A stretch of 64,000 bases of DNA. It comes from Candidatus Limnocylindrales bacterium (GTDB lineage: Bacteria > Chloroflexota > Limnocylindria > Limnocylindrales > CSP1-4). This document shows positions 27,458 through 37,230 of the stretch, piece after piece. The stretch lies in the NCBI GenBank assembly GCA_036392215.1, contig DASVYJ010000053.1, positions 1,052 to 65,051 on the forward strand. The letters run 5' to 3'. Every line of letters begins with the position of its first letter. The stretch's first letter is position 1. The notes beneath the pieces are model-generated. The model did not search any database. It was not told where the DNA came from and saw only the letters and a list, made by a program, of their open reading frames with translations. The position numbers were made by a program, and so were the translations under genes.

Positions 27458-29685
27458 CCTCCCGTCGGCAGCCGCGTCGGGCCTGCCTCGGGCGAGGGTC
27501 CGGGAGCCGGTTCGGCGGTGTCAAGCGCCCGCGCCGCGCGTCGCGAGAGGCGGACCGAAGTGGGCTGGGCGACGACGCGGTCGCGTCCGCCCCGCTTGGC
27601 CATGAAGAGGGCCACGTCCGTCGCGCGGAGCAGCGCCTCGCGGGTCGGCTCGCTCGGCTCCAGCTCGGCGCAGCCGGCCGAGACGGTCACGTGGAGCAGC
27701 TCGCCGTTGGCGCCCTCGAAGCGGGCCGACGCCATCGCCCGGCGGACCTCGTCGGCCAGCCGCTCGGCGTCCGTCACCGTCGTCCGGTCCAGGATGACCA
27801 CGAACTCCTCCCCGCCGAACCGGGCGACGAGGTCGCTCTCACGGAAGCGACCGGCGACGAGGCGCCCGAAGGCCTGCAGGACGAGGTCGCCGAACTGGTG
27901 GCCGTGCAGCTTGTTGACCTGCCCGAAGTGGTCGAGGTCGAACATGACGGCCGACAGCGGCGGCCGTCCCGCGGGGTCGCGGCCGTGGCTCGCCAGGAGC
28001 TGCTCGAGGACCGCATCGAAGTAGCGCCGGTTGTACAGGCCGGTCAGCGGATCGCGGATGGCGAGGTCGTTGACCTCGGCGTGGAGCAGGACGTTGGCGA
28101 TCGCCAGGGCGGCCTGGGCGGCGACGAGGCGCATCGCGTCCTGTTCCGCGGGCGTGAAGGCCCCGGTCGCGCGGACGAGCGACAGGGCGCCGATGACGCT
28201 CCCCTCGCGGATGATCGGCACGCCGGCGGCGGTCCCCAGGGGCGCGTCGACCAGGTCGCGCAGGGGGGCCGGAACGTCCCCGAGCTCGTACTGCTCGCTC
28301 AGGACGAGGGCGCGGTCACGGATCGCCCGGCCGGCCATGCCCTCACCCGGCCGGACCTCCGCGCCGATGGCCGCGGCGTCCAGCCCGACGACCGCGCGGA
28401 CCAGGTAGCGCCCGGTCGCGGGGTCCAGCACGGTCAGGCCCATCATCTCCGCCGGGACGACGTCGGTCACGGTCGCGACGATCGCCTCGAACAGTCGCCT
28501 CGGGTCGAGGGTCGCGCTGATCGCCGCCGAGAAGTCGACGAGGTGACGGGCGAGCCGCTCCCGCTCGGCCAGGCGCTGTCGGTCGCGGCCGAGCGCGATC
28601 GCGGCCGCCAGCCGGTCGGCGAGGACCTCGAGCGCGCGCCGATCCTCGGTGTCGAGGGGGATCGGGGCCGTCGATTCCACGTTCAGCACGCCGAGCAGCT
28701 CGCCCTCGCTGAGCAACGGGACGGCGATCTCGCTGTGGACCGCCGGATCGGCCGCGACGTAGTCCGGGTCCAGGCCGACCTCCGGGACCAGGACCGCCCG
28801 CCCCCGGCGGATGGCCCGGCCCATGACGCCGCGACTCGCGTCGAGCACCGTCGGCAGGGCGTCGTAGCCTCGCTGCGCACCGAGGCGGACGGTATCCCCG
28901 TCGGCCAGGAAGAGGGCGACGTAGCGGTGGCGGAACCGGGTGGCCAGCAACCCCACGACCATGTCGAGCGTCTCGGGGGTCGGCCCGGTGGCGGCGAGCG
29001 CGGCGCCGACGTCGGCGAGACCGGTCACCTGCCGCTCGCGCCGGACGCCTGCGGCGAGCGAGCGGCGCAGCTCAGCGAGCGCCCGGTCGAGGCTCCCCTT
29101 CGTCCAGCGGATGCTGACCGCGACGATGACCGAGATCGAGGCCAGGGCGATGCCACGGAGGGTCGCCTCGGCGGCGAGCCCGTCGTGGACCAGGACCGGG
29201 ACGGCGTAGGCGAAGCCTGCCGCCGCGACGAGGACGACCGCCGGGACCGGGCCCAGGATCGCCGCCACGGCCACGATCGGCAGGTAGAGCGAGACGAGGG
29301 TCCGACCCTCTGGCACGACCTCCACGGCCACGATCACGAAGAGGAGGCTGACCAGCAGGCGGAGCAGCGAGAGGGCGAGCCGGGTGCGCGCCGCGGCCGG
29401 TTGGCGGACGAGCCCGAGGGCAGCCTGACCGGCGGCGAACGCCACCCCCAGCCGGAGCGCGTCGCCGAGCCCTGCCGGGCCGCCGGCGACGAGGCCGACG
29501 ACTGCGCTGGGCAGGGCGAGGGCGGAGGTGAGGGCCAGATGCGGGTCGCGCCAGACGCGGCGCAGCAGCCGAACGCCGGGCCGGGTCGGTGCCCGCCCTG
29601 CCGTCGCGCGCTGCCGGGCCCGTCGGCCCTCCACACCTGGGGACATGCGTCGGTGACCGTATCGGACTCGTCCGCACCGCACCAT
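27445..29685 (-). CDS. Membrane-anchored sensor diguanylate cyclase (multi-TM N-terminus, two GAF domains, GGDEF)
   Basis: N-terminal hydrophobic helices and GAF-like regions. The C-terminal GGDEF domain carries RFGGEEF (the GGEEF active site) and the I-site region. Its stop overlaps the GT1 start. Confidence 0.85.
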   Translation of the reverse strand: MVRCGRVRYGHRRMSPGVEGRRARQRATAGRAPTRPGVRLLRRVWRDPHLALTSALALPSAVVGLVAGGPAGLGDALRLGVAFAAGQAALGLVRQPAAARTRLALSLLRLLVSLLFVIVAVEVVPEGRTLVSLYLPIVAVAAILGPVPAVVLVAAAGFAYAVPVLVHDGLAAEATLRGIALASISVIVAVSIRWTKGSLDRALAELRRSLAAGVRRERQVTGLADVGAALAATGPTPETLDMVVGLLATRFRHRYVALFLADGDTVRLGAQRGYDALPTVLDASRGVMGRAIRRGRAVLVPEVGLDPDYVAADPAVHSEIAVPLLSEGELLGVLNVESTAPIPLDTEDRRALEVLADRLAAAIALGRDRQRLAERERLARHLVDFSAAISATLDPRRLFEAIVATVTDVVPAEMMGLTVLDPATGRYLVRAVVGLDAAAIGAEVRPGEGMAGRAIRDRALVLSEQYELGDVPAPLRDLVDAPLGTAAGVPIIREGSVIGALSLVRATGAFTPAEQDAMRLVAAQAALAIANVLLHAEVNDLAIRDPLTGLYNRRYFDAVLEQLLASHGRDPAGRPPLSAVMFDLDHFGQVNKLHGHQFGDLVLQAFGRLVAGRFRESDLVARFGGEEFVVILDRTTVTDAERLADEVRRAMASARFEGANGELLHVTVSAGCAELEPSEPTREALLRATDVALFMAKRGGRDRVVAQPTSVRLSRRAARALDTAEPAPGPSPEAGPTRLPTGGWKR

Positions 29686-29909
29686 GCCCCGCTCGTACCG
29701 GGCGACCCGGACCCGGGCGCGACGGCGGTCCTGCGGCCGGTCCCCCGTCCGTCTTAGGGGAACACCCCGAGAACGCCGCGCACCCGCCCGCCGGGACCGC
29801 CGCAGCTCCGCTGCCTACCCGTTCGAAGGGGCGGCAGGGGCCGTTCGTCCTGAAGATTCCGTACCCGGACCCGGGTGTCGCACCCGACTGGGCCGGGTAC
29901 CCTGCGGCG

Positions 29910-30503
29910 ATGGTCCCCCCTGTCGCCACATCCGTCGTCCAGCTGCGCTTCATCCAGCCCGTCGCCGTCGACCCAGGCCGGGCCGCGTCCGCCTTCAGTG
30001 CGGTCGGCGACTGGCTCGGCGCGCCCGCAGAGCCGCCCGCCGGGACCGCGGACATCCGCCGCTTCCTGACCGACCTGAGCCTCCCCGTCCGCGAGCGAGC
30101 ACCGCTGATGGTGTTCCGCAAGGCCGCCTTCGTCGACCTGGGGCCCGTCCTGCCGCGCGACGGCGGCTTCGAGCTGGCCGTCGGCTGGCGCTCGGCGACG
30201 CTCGCCCCCCTCTTCCCCGTGTTCGCCGGCCGCCTCGTTGTCCTGCCGGACGAGCTCCGCCTGGAGGGCTTCTACGCGCCGCCCGGGGGCGAGGTCGGCC
30301 TCGTCCTGGACAGGGCCTTCCTGAACATCGCGGCCCGCGGGACCGCCCGCTGGTTCCTCTCGCACGTCACCGCCGCGCTGGTCGCCCGAGCCGGCGCCGA
30401 GGCCCGGGGCCGGCCGATCACGGACGACGACGCCGGCAGGGACGCCGAGACGGCCCACGAGGCGTCGATCGCGGAGAAGGAGGCGGGCCGGCGTTCCGCC
30501 TGA
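29910..30503 (+). CDS. Hypothetical protein
   Basis: 197 aa from the ATG at 29910 (MVPPVATSVVQLRFIQPV...). Protein-like composition (F, W, I, L); no motif recognised. The upstream part of the track ORF is low-complexity. Confidence 0.45.
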   Translation: MVPPVATSVVQLRFIQPVAVDPGRAASAFSAVGDWLGAPAEPPAGTADIRRFLTDLSLPVRERAPLMVFRKAAFVDLGPVLPRDGGFELAVGWRSATLAPLFPVFAGRLVVLPDELRLEGFYAPPGGEVGLVLDRAFLNIAARGTARWFLSHVTAALVARAGAEARGRPITDDDAGRDAETAHEASIAEKEAGRRSA

Positions 30504-30652
30504 CTGCGGACCGCCCGTTCCGGGAGCGCGGGCGAGGCCACGGCGGGGAGCGACGCCGCACGTTCGGGCGCTCCGGCCCTTGCCCGACCGCTGCCTCGCG
30601 GGTTCGATGCGCTCGCCGGACGTTCGTATCCGGCCCTGCTCGGGAGCCCGCC

Positions 30653-31285
30653 GTGCCTGCTCGCCGACCGTCCTTCGAGGGCCTTCCGTACGAGGGGGCG
30701 CTCGGCCGCCTCGTCGCCCCGCTCTACGACGCGTTCCTCGCCCTGAACCGGTGGTACACCGTCCCGGCGATCCGGCTCGGGCTCGCCCCGCTCCACAGCA
30801 ACCCCCTGACCGGGTCGTGGCTCCTCCTGCGCACGACGGGACGACGGAGCGGGCGGATCCGGCAGGCGCCGCTCGGCTACGCCATCCTCGACGGCTGCGT
30901 GTACGTCTGTGCCGGCTTCGGCGCCGCGGCGCACTGGTACCGGAACCTGCTCGCCGAGCCGCGCGTCGAGGTCGTCCTGCCGTCGGCCGCCTTCGCCGGC
31001 GTGGCGGAGGAGGTGACGGATCCGGCCGAGCTGGATCGAGCCTGGCGCGCGCTCATCCGGGCGCTCGGCGCCCTTGGCACGACCTTCGTCTGCCCCGCCG
31101 ACGCACCCGCCGAGACGCTGCGGGCGAAGACGCGAGGGCTGCCTCTGGTCCGCATCCGGCCGACGGGCATCGCGGCGGGGCCCGCCGACCCGGGCGGCCT
31201 GCTCTGGCTGACGCTCGCCGCCGTCGGCCTCGGCTGGCTGTTGCGGCGCCTGTCGGGCATCCTGGCCCCGCGCCGGCGGTCCTAG
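30653..31285 (+). CDS. Deazaflavin (F420)-dependent nitroreductase family protein (DUF385/Ddn-like) with a C-terminal TM
   Basis: PLHSNPLTGSWLLLRTTGRRSGRIRQAPLGYAILDGCVYVCAGFG...HWYRNLLAEPRVEVVL is the DUF385 signature. GTG start with a GGGAG RBS. Confidence 0.7.
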   Translation: MPARRPSFEGLPYEGALGRLVAPLYDAFLALNRWYTVPAIRLGLAPLHSNPLTGSWLLLRTTGRRSGRIRQAPLGYAILDGCVYVCAGFGAAAHWYRNLLAEPRVEVVLPSAAFAGVAEEVTDPAELDRAWRALIRALGALGTTFVCPADAPAETLRAKTRGLPLVRIRPTGIAAGPADPGGLLWLTLAAVGLGWLLRRLSGILAPRRRS

Positions 31286-31393
31286 GCGCGGCCCAGCGGG
31301 GCCGCCGGTCGCGGACCGGGTGCAAGCGGCCTGCAGCGCACGGGTCGCCCGGACCGGCGCAGCCGTGAGTCGCCCGAGCCTACGATCGCCTCG

Positions 31394-31720
31394 ATGGCCG
31401 AGACCGAGCAGGCGTACCTCGTGCAGACGACGCCGGCGGGCCGGGAGTCCGATCCCGACGCGCGCTCGTTCTGGCTCGTTCGTGCCTCGCAGGGCGAGCT
31501 CGAGCGGCTCGTCGACGGGCTCGAGGGGCGCGGCATGCTGACCGAGTGGCATCCGGCGGAGGAGCGGCGCCCGGACGACGTGCTCGCGGCGATCGATGCG
31601 ATGGGTCCGGCCGCCACCGGGACGGCATCGCCGACGGCGTCTCCGGCCGAGGGAGGGGCGGGCGGCGGCGAGTCGCGACACTCCGCCGGCGGTCCGACCG
31701 AGGCGTCCGCCGCCCGCTGA
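31394..31720 (+). CDS. Hypothetical small acidic protein
   Basis: 108-aa ORF with protein-like composition (MAETEQAYLVQTTPAGRESDPDARSFWLVRASQGELERLVDGLEGRGMLTEWHPAEE). No homology recognised. Confidence 0.3.
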   Translation: MAETEQAYLVQTTPAGRESDPDARSFWLVRASQGELERLVDGLEGRGMLTEWHPAEERRPDDVLAAIDAMGPAATGTASPTASPAEGGAGGGESRHSAGGPTEASAAR

Positions 31721-31939
31721 CCGGGCAGCCGCACCGGACCCCACCCGACCCTCCTACTCCGACCCAGTACCAAGGACCCCGCGCGCCTCCCTCCATCGAG
31801 GCCTACCGTCGGGCCTGCCGGATGCCGCACGCTTCGGAGCACACCGGAGCGGTCGAGCGCCGTCGCCTCCGGCGCCGAGGGGTAGCGGAACATGGTGACC
31901 AGGGCGCACGGGGCCGGGCCGGGCAACGAGGGGACCGTC

Positions 31940-34876
31940 ATGCCCGGATGGGGGGAACCGACCCCGAGCGCGCCCGAGGGGGACGACCGGGGCGCGGCCG
32001 CCGACCGTCACGCGGCCGCGCCCGGGACCCCACCCGGCGCCGCCCCCGCACTCGCGCCCAGCGTCGACCCGACGGCCGACTACCGCTTCTGGCTCGTCCC
32101 CCACACCCACTGGGACCGGGAGTGGTACCTCCCGTTCGAGCAGTTCCGCATCCGCCTCGCCCGGACCGTCGACGAGATCCTGGACACGCTCGACAACGAC
32201 CCCTCGTTCCCCTGCTTCACCCTCGATGGCCAGGCGGTCATCCTCGAGGACTACCTCGAGCTTCGTCCGCACCGCGAGCCGCAGCTGCGCCGGCTCATCG
32301 CCGCGGGTCGGCTCGCCATCGGCCCTGCCTACACGCTGCCGGACGAGTTCCTCGTCGGCGGCGAGAGCCTCGTCCGCAACCTGCTCCATGGCCGCCTCGT
32401 CTGCCGCCGGTTCGGCGGCCAGCCGATGGCCGTCGGCTACCTGCCCGACACCTTCGGCCACGTCGCCCAGCTGCCCCAGCTGCTGCGGGGCTTCGGCCTC
32501 GACACGTTCGTCTTCTGGCGCGGCCTGGGCGACGAGGCGGACGAGCTCGGCGCCGTCTTCACCTGGCAGGCGCCGGACGGCAGCGAGGTCCTCGCGATCC
32601 GCCAGCTCGGCAGCTACGGCAACGCCGACGAGTTCGGCCGCTGGGGGCGCCAGGGGGCCGACTTCCGCGACGCACCCGAGCGCTGGGGCGAGATCGCCGG
32701 CCTGCGACTGGAGCGCTTCCTCGAGATGTTCGGACCCGCCGTCGAGCGGGCCGGGATCCGCGACCTGCTGCTGTGCAACGGCTCCGACCACAAGCCCGTC
32801 CAGCGGGAGCTGCCCGGCCTGGTCGCCGCAGCCCGGGCGGTCCATCCCGGGGCCGGCCTCCGGATCGCGACGTACGAGGACTACGTCGCCGCCCTTCGGC
32901 CCACCGTCGGGTCGCCAGCCGTCCTGACCGGCGAGCTGCGGAGCGGGCGCGAGGCCGCGATCCTCAGGGGCATCGAGTCGGCCCGCATCGGCCTCAAGCA
33001 GGCGAACGAGGCGACCGAGCGGGCGCTGTTCGTGGCCGAGGCGCTGGCCTCCCTGGCCGAACTCCGGCGCTGGGCGGACCGGATGGCCCGCGCGGCCGGT
33101 CAGGTCGAGGCGGCGACGGACTCGCGCGGCCCCTCGCCCGAGGCGGGCCGCGACGGGCGCGACCGGACCGGCCTCCTCGGCTCGGACGACCAGGACGGCA
33201 TCCGCCGGGATTGGGGCACGCCGCCGCCGCCGGACAGCTACCCGCTCGACGAGCTCCGCCACGCCTGGCGCGAGCTGCTGCGCAACCATCCTCACGACTC
33301 CATCAGCGGCTGCTCCGTGGACGAGACGCACCGCGACATGGCCCAGCGGTTCGTGACCGCGCAGCGGATCGCCGGTCGCGTCCGCCGGGAGTCCCTCGCC
33401 CGGCTCGCCGGCCGCGACGCTCCCTGGAGCGCCGCCGAGGCGCCCTCCGCGGACGCGAGCATCGTCAACGTCCTGCCGTTCCAGCGGACGGCCCTCGTCG
33501 AGCTGCCGCTCCCCGTCGAGCTGGCTCGGAGCGGCCGCCTGATCGCCGAGCTGGACGGCGGGCCGGTCCCGACCCAGGTCGTGGGGCGCGGCGCCGCCGG
33601 GCGTGCCCTCGTCGCGGCGACCGTGCCCGGCTTCGGGAGCGTCGGCCTCCGGCTCCGGACCGCCCGTCCCGCCCCGGACGGCGCCCGCCTCGTCGACGGC
33701 CGGACCATCGAGAACGAGCACTACCGCGTCACGGTCGAGCCCGACGGGACGCTGGCCGTGACCGACCTCGCCGACGGTCGCCGCACCGCGGGCCTGCACG
33801 CGTTCGAGGACATCGCGGACCGCGGAGACGAGTACGACTTCTGCCCCGTCGCGGGCGACATCGCCTGGCGGAGCGAGCGCGACGCGGAGGACGTCCGTGT
33901 CCGCCCCCTCGCCGCCGGTCCCGCCGTCGCCGAGCTCGAGATCCGGCTCCGCGCCAGCCTGCCGCACGGTCTCAGCCGCGACCGCCGCGGACGGTCCCGC
34001 AGCCGCATCGTCGTCCCGATCCGGACCCTCGTCCGCCTCGTCGCCGGCGTCGATCGCATCGAGTTCCGGACGACCGTCGACAACCGCGTCCGGGACCACC
34101 GCCTGCGCGTCGTGTTCCCCGCCCCCGCCTCGGGCACGACCGTCCGCGCCGAGGGCCAGTTCGACGTCGTCCGTCGGCCGGCGGTGCCCCTCTGGAGCGG
34201 CGAGGGCTGGGCGGAACCGCCGGCGCCCACCAGCCACACCGCGGGCGCCATCGCCGCGGGCCGGCTCACCGTTCTCGGCCGCGGCCTGCCCGAGTACCAG
34301 GCCGTGCTCCGCGCCGACCGCGGGCTCGACCTCGCCCTGACCCTGCTCCGCTGCGTCGGCTGGCTCAGCCGCGACGACCTCGAGACGCGGCCGGGCCACG
34401 CCGGCCCCGCCCTCGAGACACCCGAGGCGCAGTGCCTCGGCGAGCACGTCTTCGAGTACGCCATCGACCTGCGGGCGGCGGAGCGGGATGACGCCGCGCT
34501 GCTGCGCGCCTCGCAGGACTTCCGGGTCGAGCTCGCGGTCGGACCCGCCGGCGCACGGACCGCTGGCCTGCTCGACCTCGCCGCGGCCGGCGCAGCGGGC
34601 GACCTCATCCTCGCCGCGCTCAAGGGCGCGGAGGACGGCGAGGGGCTGATCCTGCGGGCCTTCGCCCCGGCCGACGCCGAGACACCCCGCCACTTCGGGC
34701 CCGTCGGGGCGTTTCCCGACGCCGAGCCGGTCCGGCTCGACGAGACGGCCATGCCGGCCGCGGCCGGCGACCGCCGCGGCCTCGAGCTCGCACCGGGCGC
34801 GATCGGGACGCTCCGACTCCGGCCGCCCGCCGTCGCCCGCCGTTCGCCGCGCCGCCGATCCGCCGATCGCGACTGA
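31940..34876 (+). CDS. Glycoside hydrolase family 38 alpha-mannosidase
   Basis: The hallmark N-terminal LVPHTHWDREW, plus the GH38 central and C-terminal domains. The alternative start at 31892 adds 16 aa. Confidence 0.85.
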   Translation: MPGWGEPTPSAPEGDDRGAAADRHAAAPGTPPGAAPALAPSVDPTADYRFWLVPHTHWDREWYLPFEQFRIRLARTVDEILDTLDNDPSFPCFTLDGQAVILEDYLELRPHREPQLRRLIAAGRLAIGPAYTLPDEFLVGGESLVRNLLHGRLVCRRFGGQPMAVGYLPDTFGHVAQLPQLLRGFGLDTFVFWRGLGDEADELGAVFTWQAPDGSEVLAIRQLGSYGNADEFGRWGRQGADFRDAPERWGEIAGLRLERFLEMFGPAVERAGIRDLLLCNGSDHKPVQRELPGLVAAARAVHPGAGLRIATYEDYVAALRPTVGSPAVLTGELRSGREAAILRGIESARIGLKQANEATERALFVAEALASLAELRRWADRMARAAGQVEAATDSRGPSPEAGRDGRDRTGLLGSDDQDGIRRDWGTPPPPDSYPLDELRHAWRELLRNHPHDSISGCSVDETHRDMAQRFVTAQRIAGRVRRESLARLAGRDAPWSAAEAPSADASIVNVLPFQRTALVELPLPVELARSGRLIAELDGGPVPTQVVGRGAAGRALVAATVPGFGSVGLRLRTARPAPDGARLVDGRTIENEHYRVTVEPDGTLAVTDLADGRRTAGLHAFEDIADRGDEYDFCPVAGDIAWRSERDAEDVRVRPLAAGPAVAELEIRLRASLPHGLSRDRRGRSRSRIVVPIRTLVRLVAGVDRIEFRTTVDNRVRDHRLRVVFPAPASGTTVRAEGQFDVVRRPAVPLWSGEGWAEPPAPTSHTAGAIAAGRLTVLGRGLPEYQAVLRADRGLDLALTLLRCVGWLSRDDLETRPGHAGPALETPEAQCLGEHVFEYAIDLRAAERDDAALLRASQDFRVELAVGPAGARTAGLLDLAAAGAAGDLILAALKGAEDGEGLILRAFAPADAETPRHFGPVGAFPDAEPVRLDETAMPAAAGDRRGLELAPGAIGTLRLRPPAVARRSPRRRSADRD

Positions 34877-36516
34877 TGACCAGGGGAGGCCCGCGCGCCC
34901 GCCGGCCCCGGACCGCAGCGGAAGTCGCCGCTCGCCTTACCTGGGGCGTCCTGCCCGGGCCGAGCGTGGACGCCGAGACGGCCGCGGCCCTCGAGCGAGG
35001 GCTCGGCGGCGTCGTCCTGTTCGCCCACAACGTCGAGAGCGCGGCGCAGGTCCGCGCCCTCACGGCAGCCCTTCGCGACCGCGCCCGAGGGCCGTTCCGC
35101 ATCGCCATCGACCAGGAAGGCGGCCACATCGTCCGGCTCGGCGCGCCCCTCACCCGCTTCCCGTCGGCCATGGCGATCGGCGCGACGGGTTCCGCCCGCC
35201 TCGCCCGCGCCGTCGCCCGGGCCCAGGCCGAGGAACTCGCCGCGCTCGGGATCGACGTCGACCTCGCGCCGGTCCTCGACCTCGCTGCCGACCCGCGCAA
35301 CCCGACCGTCGGGGCCCGCTCGTTCGGCTCCGTCCCGAATCTCGTCGCTCGCCTCGGGGCCGCCGCGGTCGGCGGGTTCCTCGAGGCCGGGGTCGCACCG
35401 GTGCCCAAGCACTTCCCCGGACACGGCCGGACGCCGCTCGACTCCCACCGCAGCCGACCGTACGTGACGGGCGGCCCGGACGTGCTCTGGGAGCAGGACC
35501 TGCTGCCGTTCCGGTCGGCCGTGGAGGCCGAGGCGCCGGCCGTGATGGTCGGCCACGTCGCCTACGAGGGGCTGACGATGGGTGGGCCGGCCTCGCTCTC
35601 GCCAGCCGTGATGACGACCCTGCTCCGGGGCACGCTCGACTTCGATGGGGTCGTGGTCACCGACGCGCTGGTGATGGATGCGATCACCGACGAGCGGTCC
35701 GTGGCCGAGGCCTGCGTCGAGGCGCTCGCGGCCGGCGCCGACGCGGTGATGCCGCTCGACCCGTGGCGGCGCGCGCTCGTGGCCGTCGAGGAGGCGATCG
35801 CCGCCGGCCGGCTCGCCGAACCGGCGCTCGCGGCCTCACTGCGACGGCTCGACACCCTGGAGCGACGGCTCGCGGCGAGCCCTGCCCTCCGCCCCGCCGG
35901 TCCGCTCGTCCCCCGCGCGGACGCCCACGCCGCGCTCGCCGGCGAGGTCGCCCGCCGGTCCCTGAGCCGACTCGGCGGCGGACTCGCCCTGCCGATCCCG
36001 CCCGACACCGCCGTCGCGGTCGTCGAATTCGGGGCCGGCCGGCCGAGCCCGATCGAATCGGAGGACGAGCCGCTCGCGTCGCTCGGCGCGGTCCTGGGCG
36101 AACGCCTGCCGCGCCTCGTCTCTGTCGTCATCGAGCCCGAGGAAGGCGACGGGGGCGCGGCCGAGGCGCGGGCCCGCGAGCTCGCCGCGGCCGCCGAACT
36201 GCTGGTCGTGGCGACGCGCGACACGTTCCTGCGGCCCCGCGCGGCCGACCTGCTCGGCGACCTCCGCCGCCTCGGGCGGCCGACGGTCCACGTCGCGCTC
36301 CGCAGCCCGTACGACCTGGTCGCCCTGCCCGTCGCCGGCCCTGACGGGCTGGCGGTGGCGGCGTACGCGGACGTCCCGGCCACCCTGGGCGCCGTCGCCG
36401 ACGCGCTGACGGGCGTCCCCGCGAGCGGCGAGGACCGCTTCCCGGGCCGCATCCCGATGGCCTTGCCCGACCGAGCCGAGGCGCCGGAGGAGGCAGCGCT
36501 CGATCCCGGCCGCTAG
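34876..36516 (+). CDS. nagZ: Beta-N-acetylhexosaminidase (GH3, NagZ-like)
   Basis: GH3 N-terminal domain with KHFPGHG and the catalytic region. Its start overlaps the GH38 stop as ATGA. Confidence 0.85.
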   Translation: MTRGGPRARRPRTAAEVAARLTWGVLPGPSVDAETAAALERGLGGVVLFAHNVESAAQVRALTAALRDRARGPFRIAIDQEGGHIVRLGAPLTRFPSAMAIGATGSARLARAVARAQAEELAALGIDVDLAPVLDLAADPRNPTVGARSFGSVPNLVARLGAAAVGGFLEAGVAPVPKHFPGHGRTPLDSHRSRPYVTGGPDVLWEQDLLPFRSAVEAEAPAVMVGHVAYEGLTMGGPASLSPAVMTTLLRGTLDFDGVVVTDALVMDAITDERSVAEACVEALAAGADAVMPLDPWRRALVAVEEAIAAGRLAEPALAASLRRLDTLERRLAASPALRPAGPLVPRADAHAALAGEVARRSLSRLGGGLALPIPPDTAVAVVEFGAGRPSPIESEDEPLASLGAVLGERLPRLVSVVIEPEEGDGGAAEARARELAAAAELLVVATRDTFLRPRAADLLGDLRRLGRPTVHVALRSPYDLVALPVAGPDGLAVAAYADVPATLGAVADALTGVPASGEDRFPGRIPMALPDRAEAPEEAALDPGR

Positions 36517-36537
36517 GATCGGGACGTGCTCGCTCCA

Positions 36538-37230
36538 ATGCCCCGCGCCATCCTCCTCGACGCTGGCGGCGTCCTCGTCATGCCCGACCTCGACGAGGTG
36601 TCGTCGGCGCTCGCCCGCGTCGGCGTCGCGGCAGCGCACCCCGCCCTCGACCGGGCGCACTACCTGGGGATGGCGGCCTGGGACGCGCTGGGCGCGACCG
36701 CGCCCGAGGCCGGCTGGCAGGCCTACGTGACCGCCGTCGCGCGCGCGGCGGGCTGTCCCGAGGACGATCTCGAGGCCGCGACATCGGCGCTGCGGGAGGC
36801 CTTCGGCACGAGCGCGATCTGGCGCCGCCCGAGGCCGGACTCGCTCGCCGCGCTGCCGGGCCTGCTGGCCACCGGCTTCCGGCTCGCGGTCGTCTCGAAC
36901 TCGGACGGCACGGTGGAGCGCCTCCTTCGCGACATCGGTGCCTGCCAGGTGGGGCCCGGGCCGGGCACCGAGGTCCTCGGCGTGCTCGACTCCCACGTCG
37001 TCGGCTCGGCCAAGCCGGACCCCGGCATCTTCGAGCGGGCCCTCGCCTGCGTCGGGGCGACGCCGGACGAGGCGGTCCATGTCGGCGACTCGGCCTGGGC
37101 CGATGTCGGCGGCGCACGCGCGGTCGGCATCCGGGCGCTCCATTTCGACCCGTATGGCGTCTGCGCGGACCGCTCCCACGACCACCTGGCGGCGCTGGCG
37201 GACCTCCTCGCGGCGACGTCCGCTCCCTAG
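36538..37230 (+). CDS. HAD-superfamily hydrolase
   Basis: Motif I LLDAGGVL (DxG), motif II VVSNS, and motif III/IV K...GDSAWAD. An alternative GTG start lies at 36526. Confidence 0.75.
   Translation: MPRAILLDAGGVLVMPDLDEVSSALARVGVAAAHPALDRAHYLGMAAWDALGATAPEAGWQAYVTAVARAAGCPEDDLEAATSALREAFGTSAIWRRPRPDSLAALPGLLATGFRLAVVSNSDGTVERLLRDIGACQVGPGPGTEVLGVLDSHVVGSAKPDPGIFERALACVGATPDEAVHVGDSAWADVGGARAVGIRALHFDPYGVCADRSHDHLAALADLLAATSAP

Noticed and set aside
31546-34693. Two ~980-aa ORFs (31546..34491 plus and 31754..34693 minus)
   Set aside because: Both are off-frame or antisense shadows of the GH38 alpha-mannosidase gene, with Arg/Pro/Gly low-complexity composition and no motifs.
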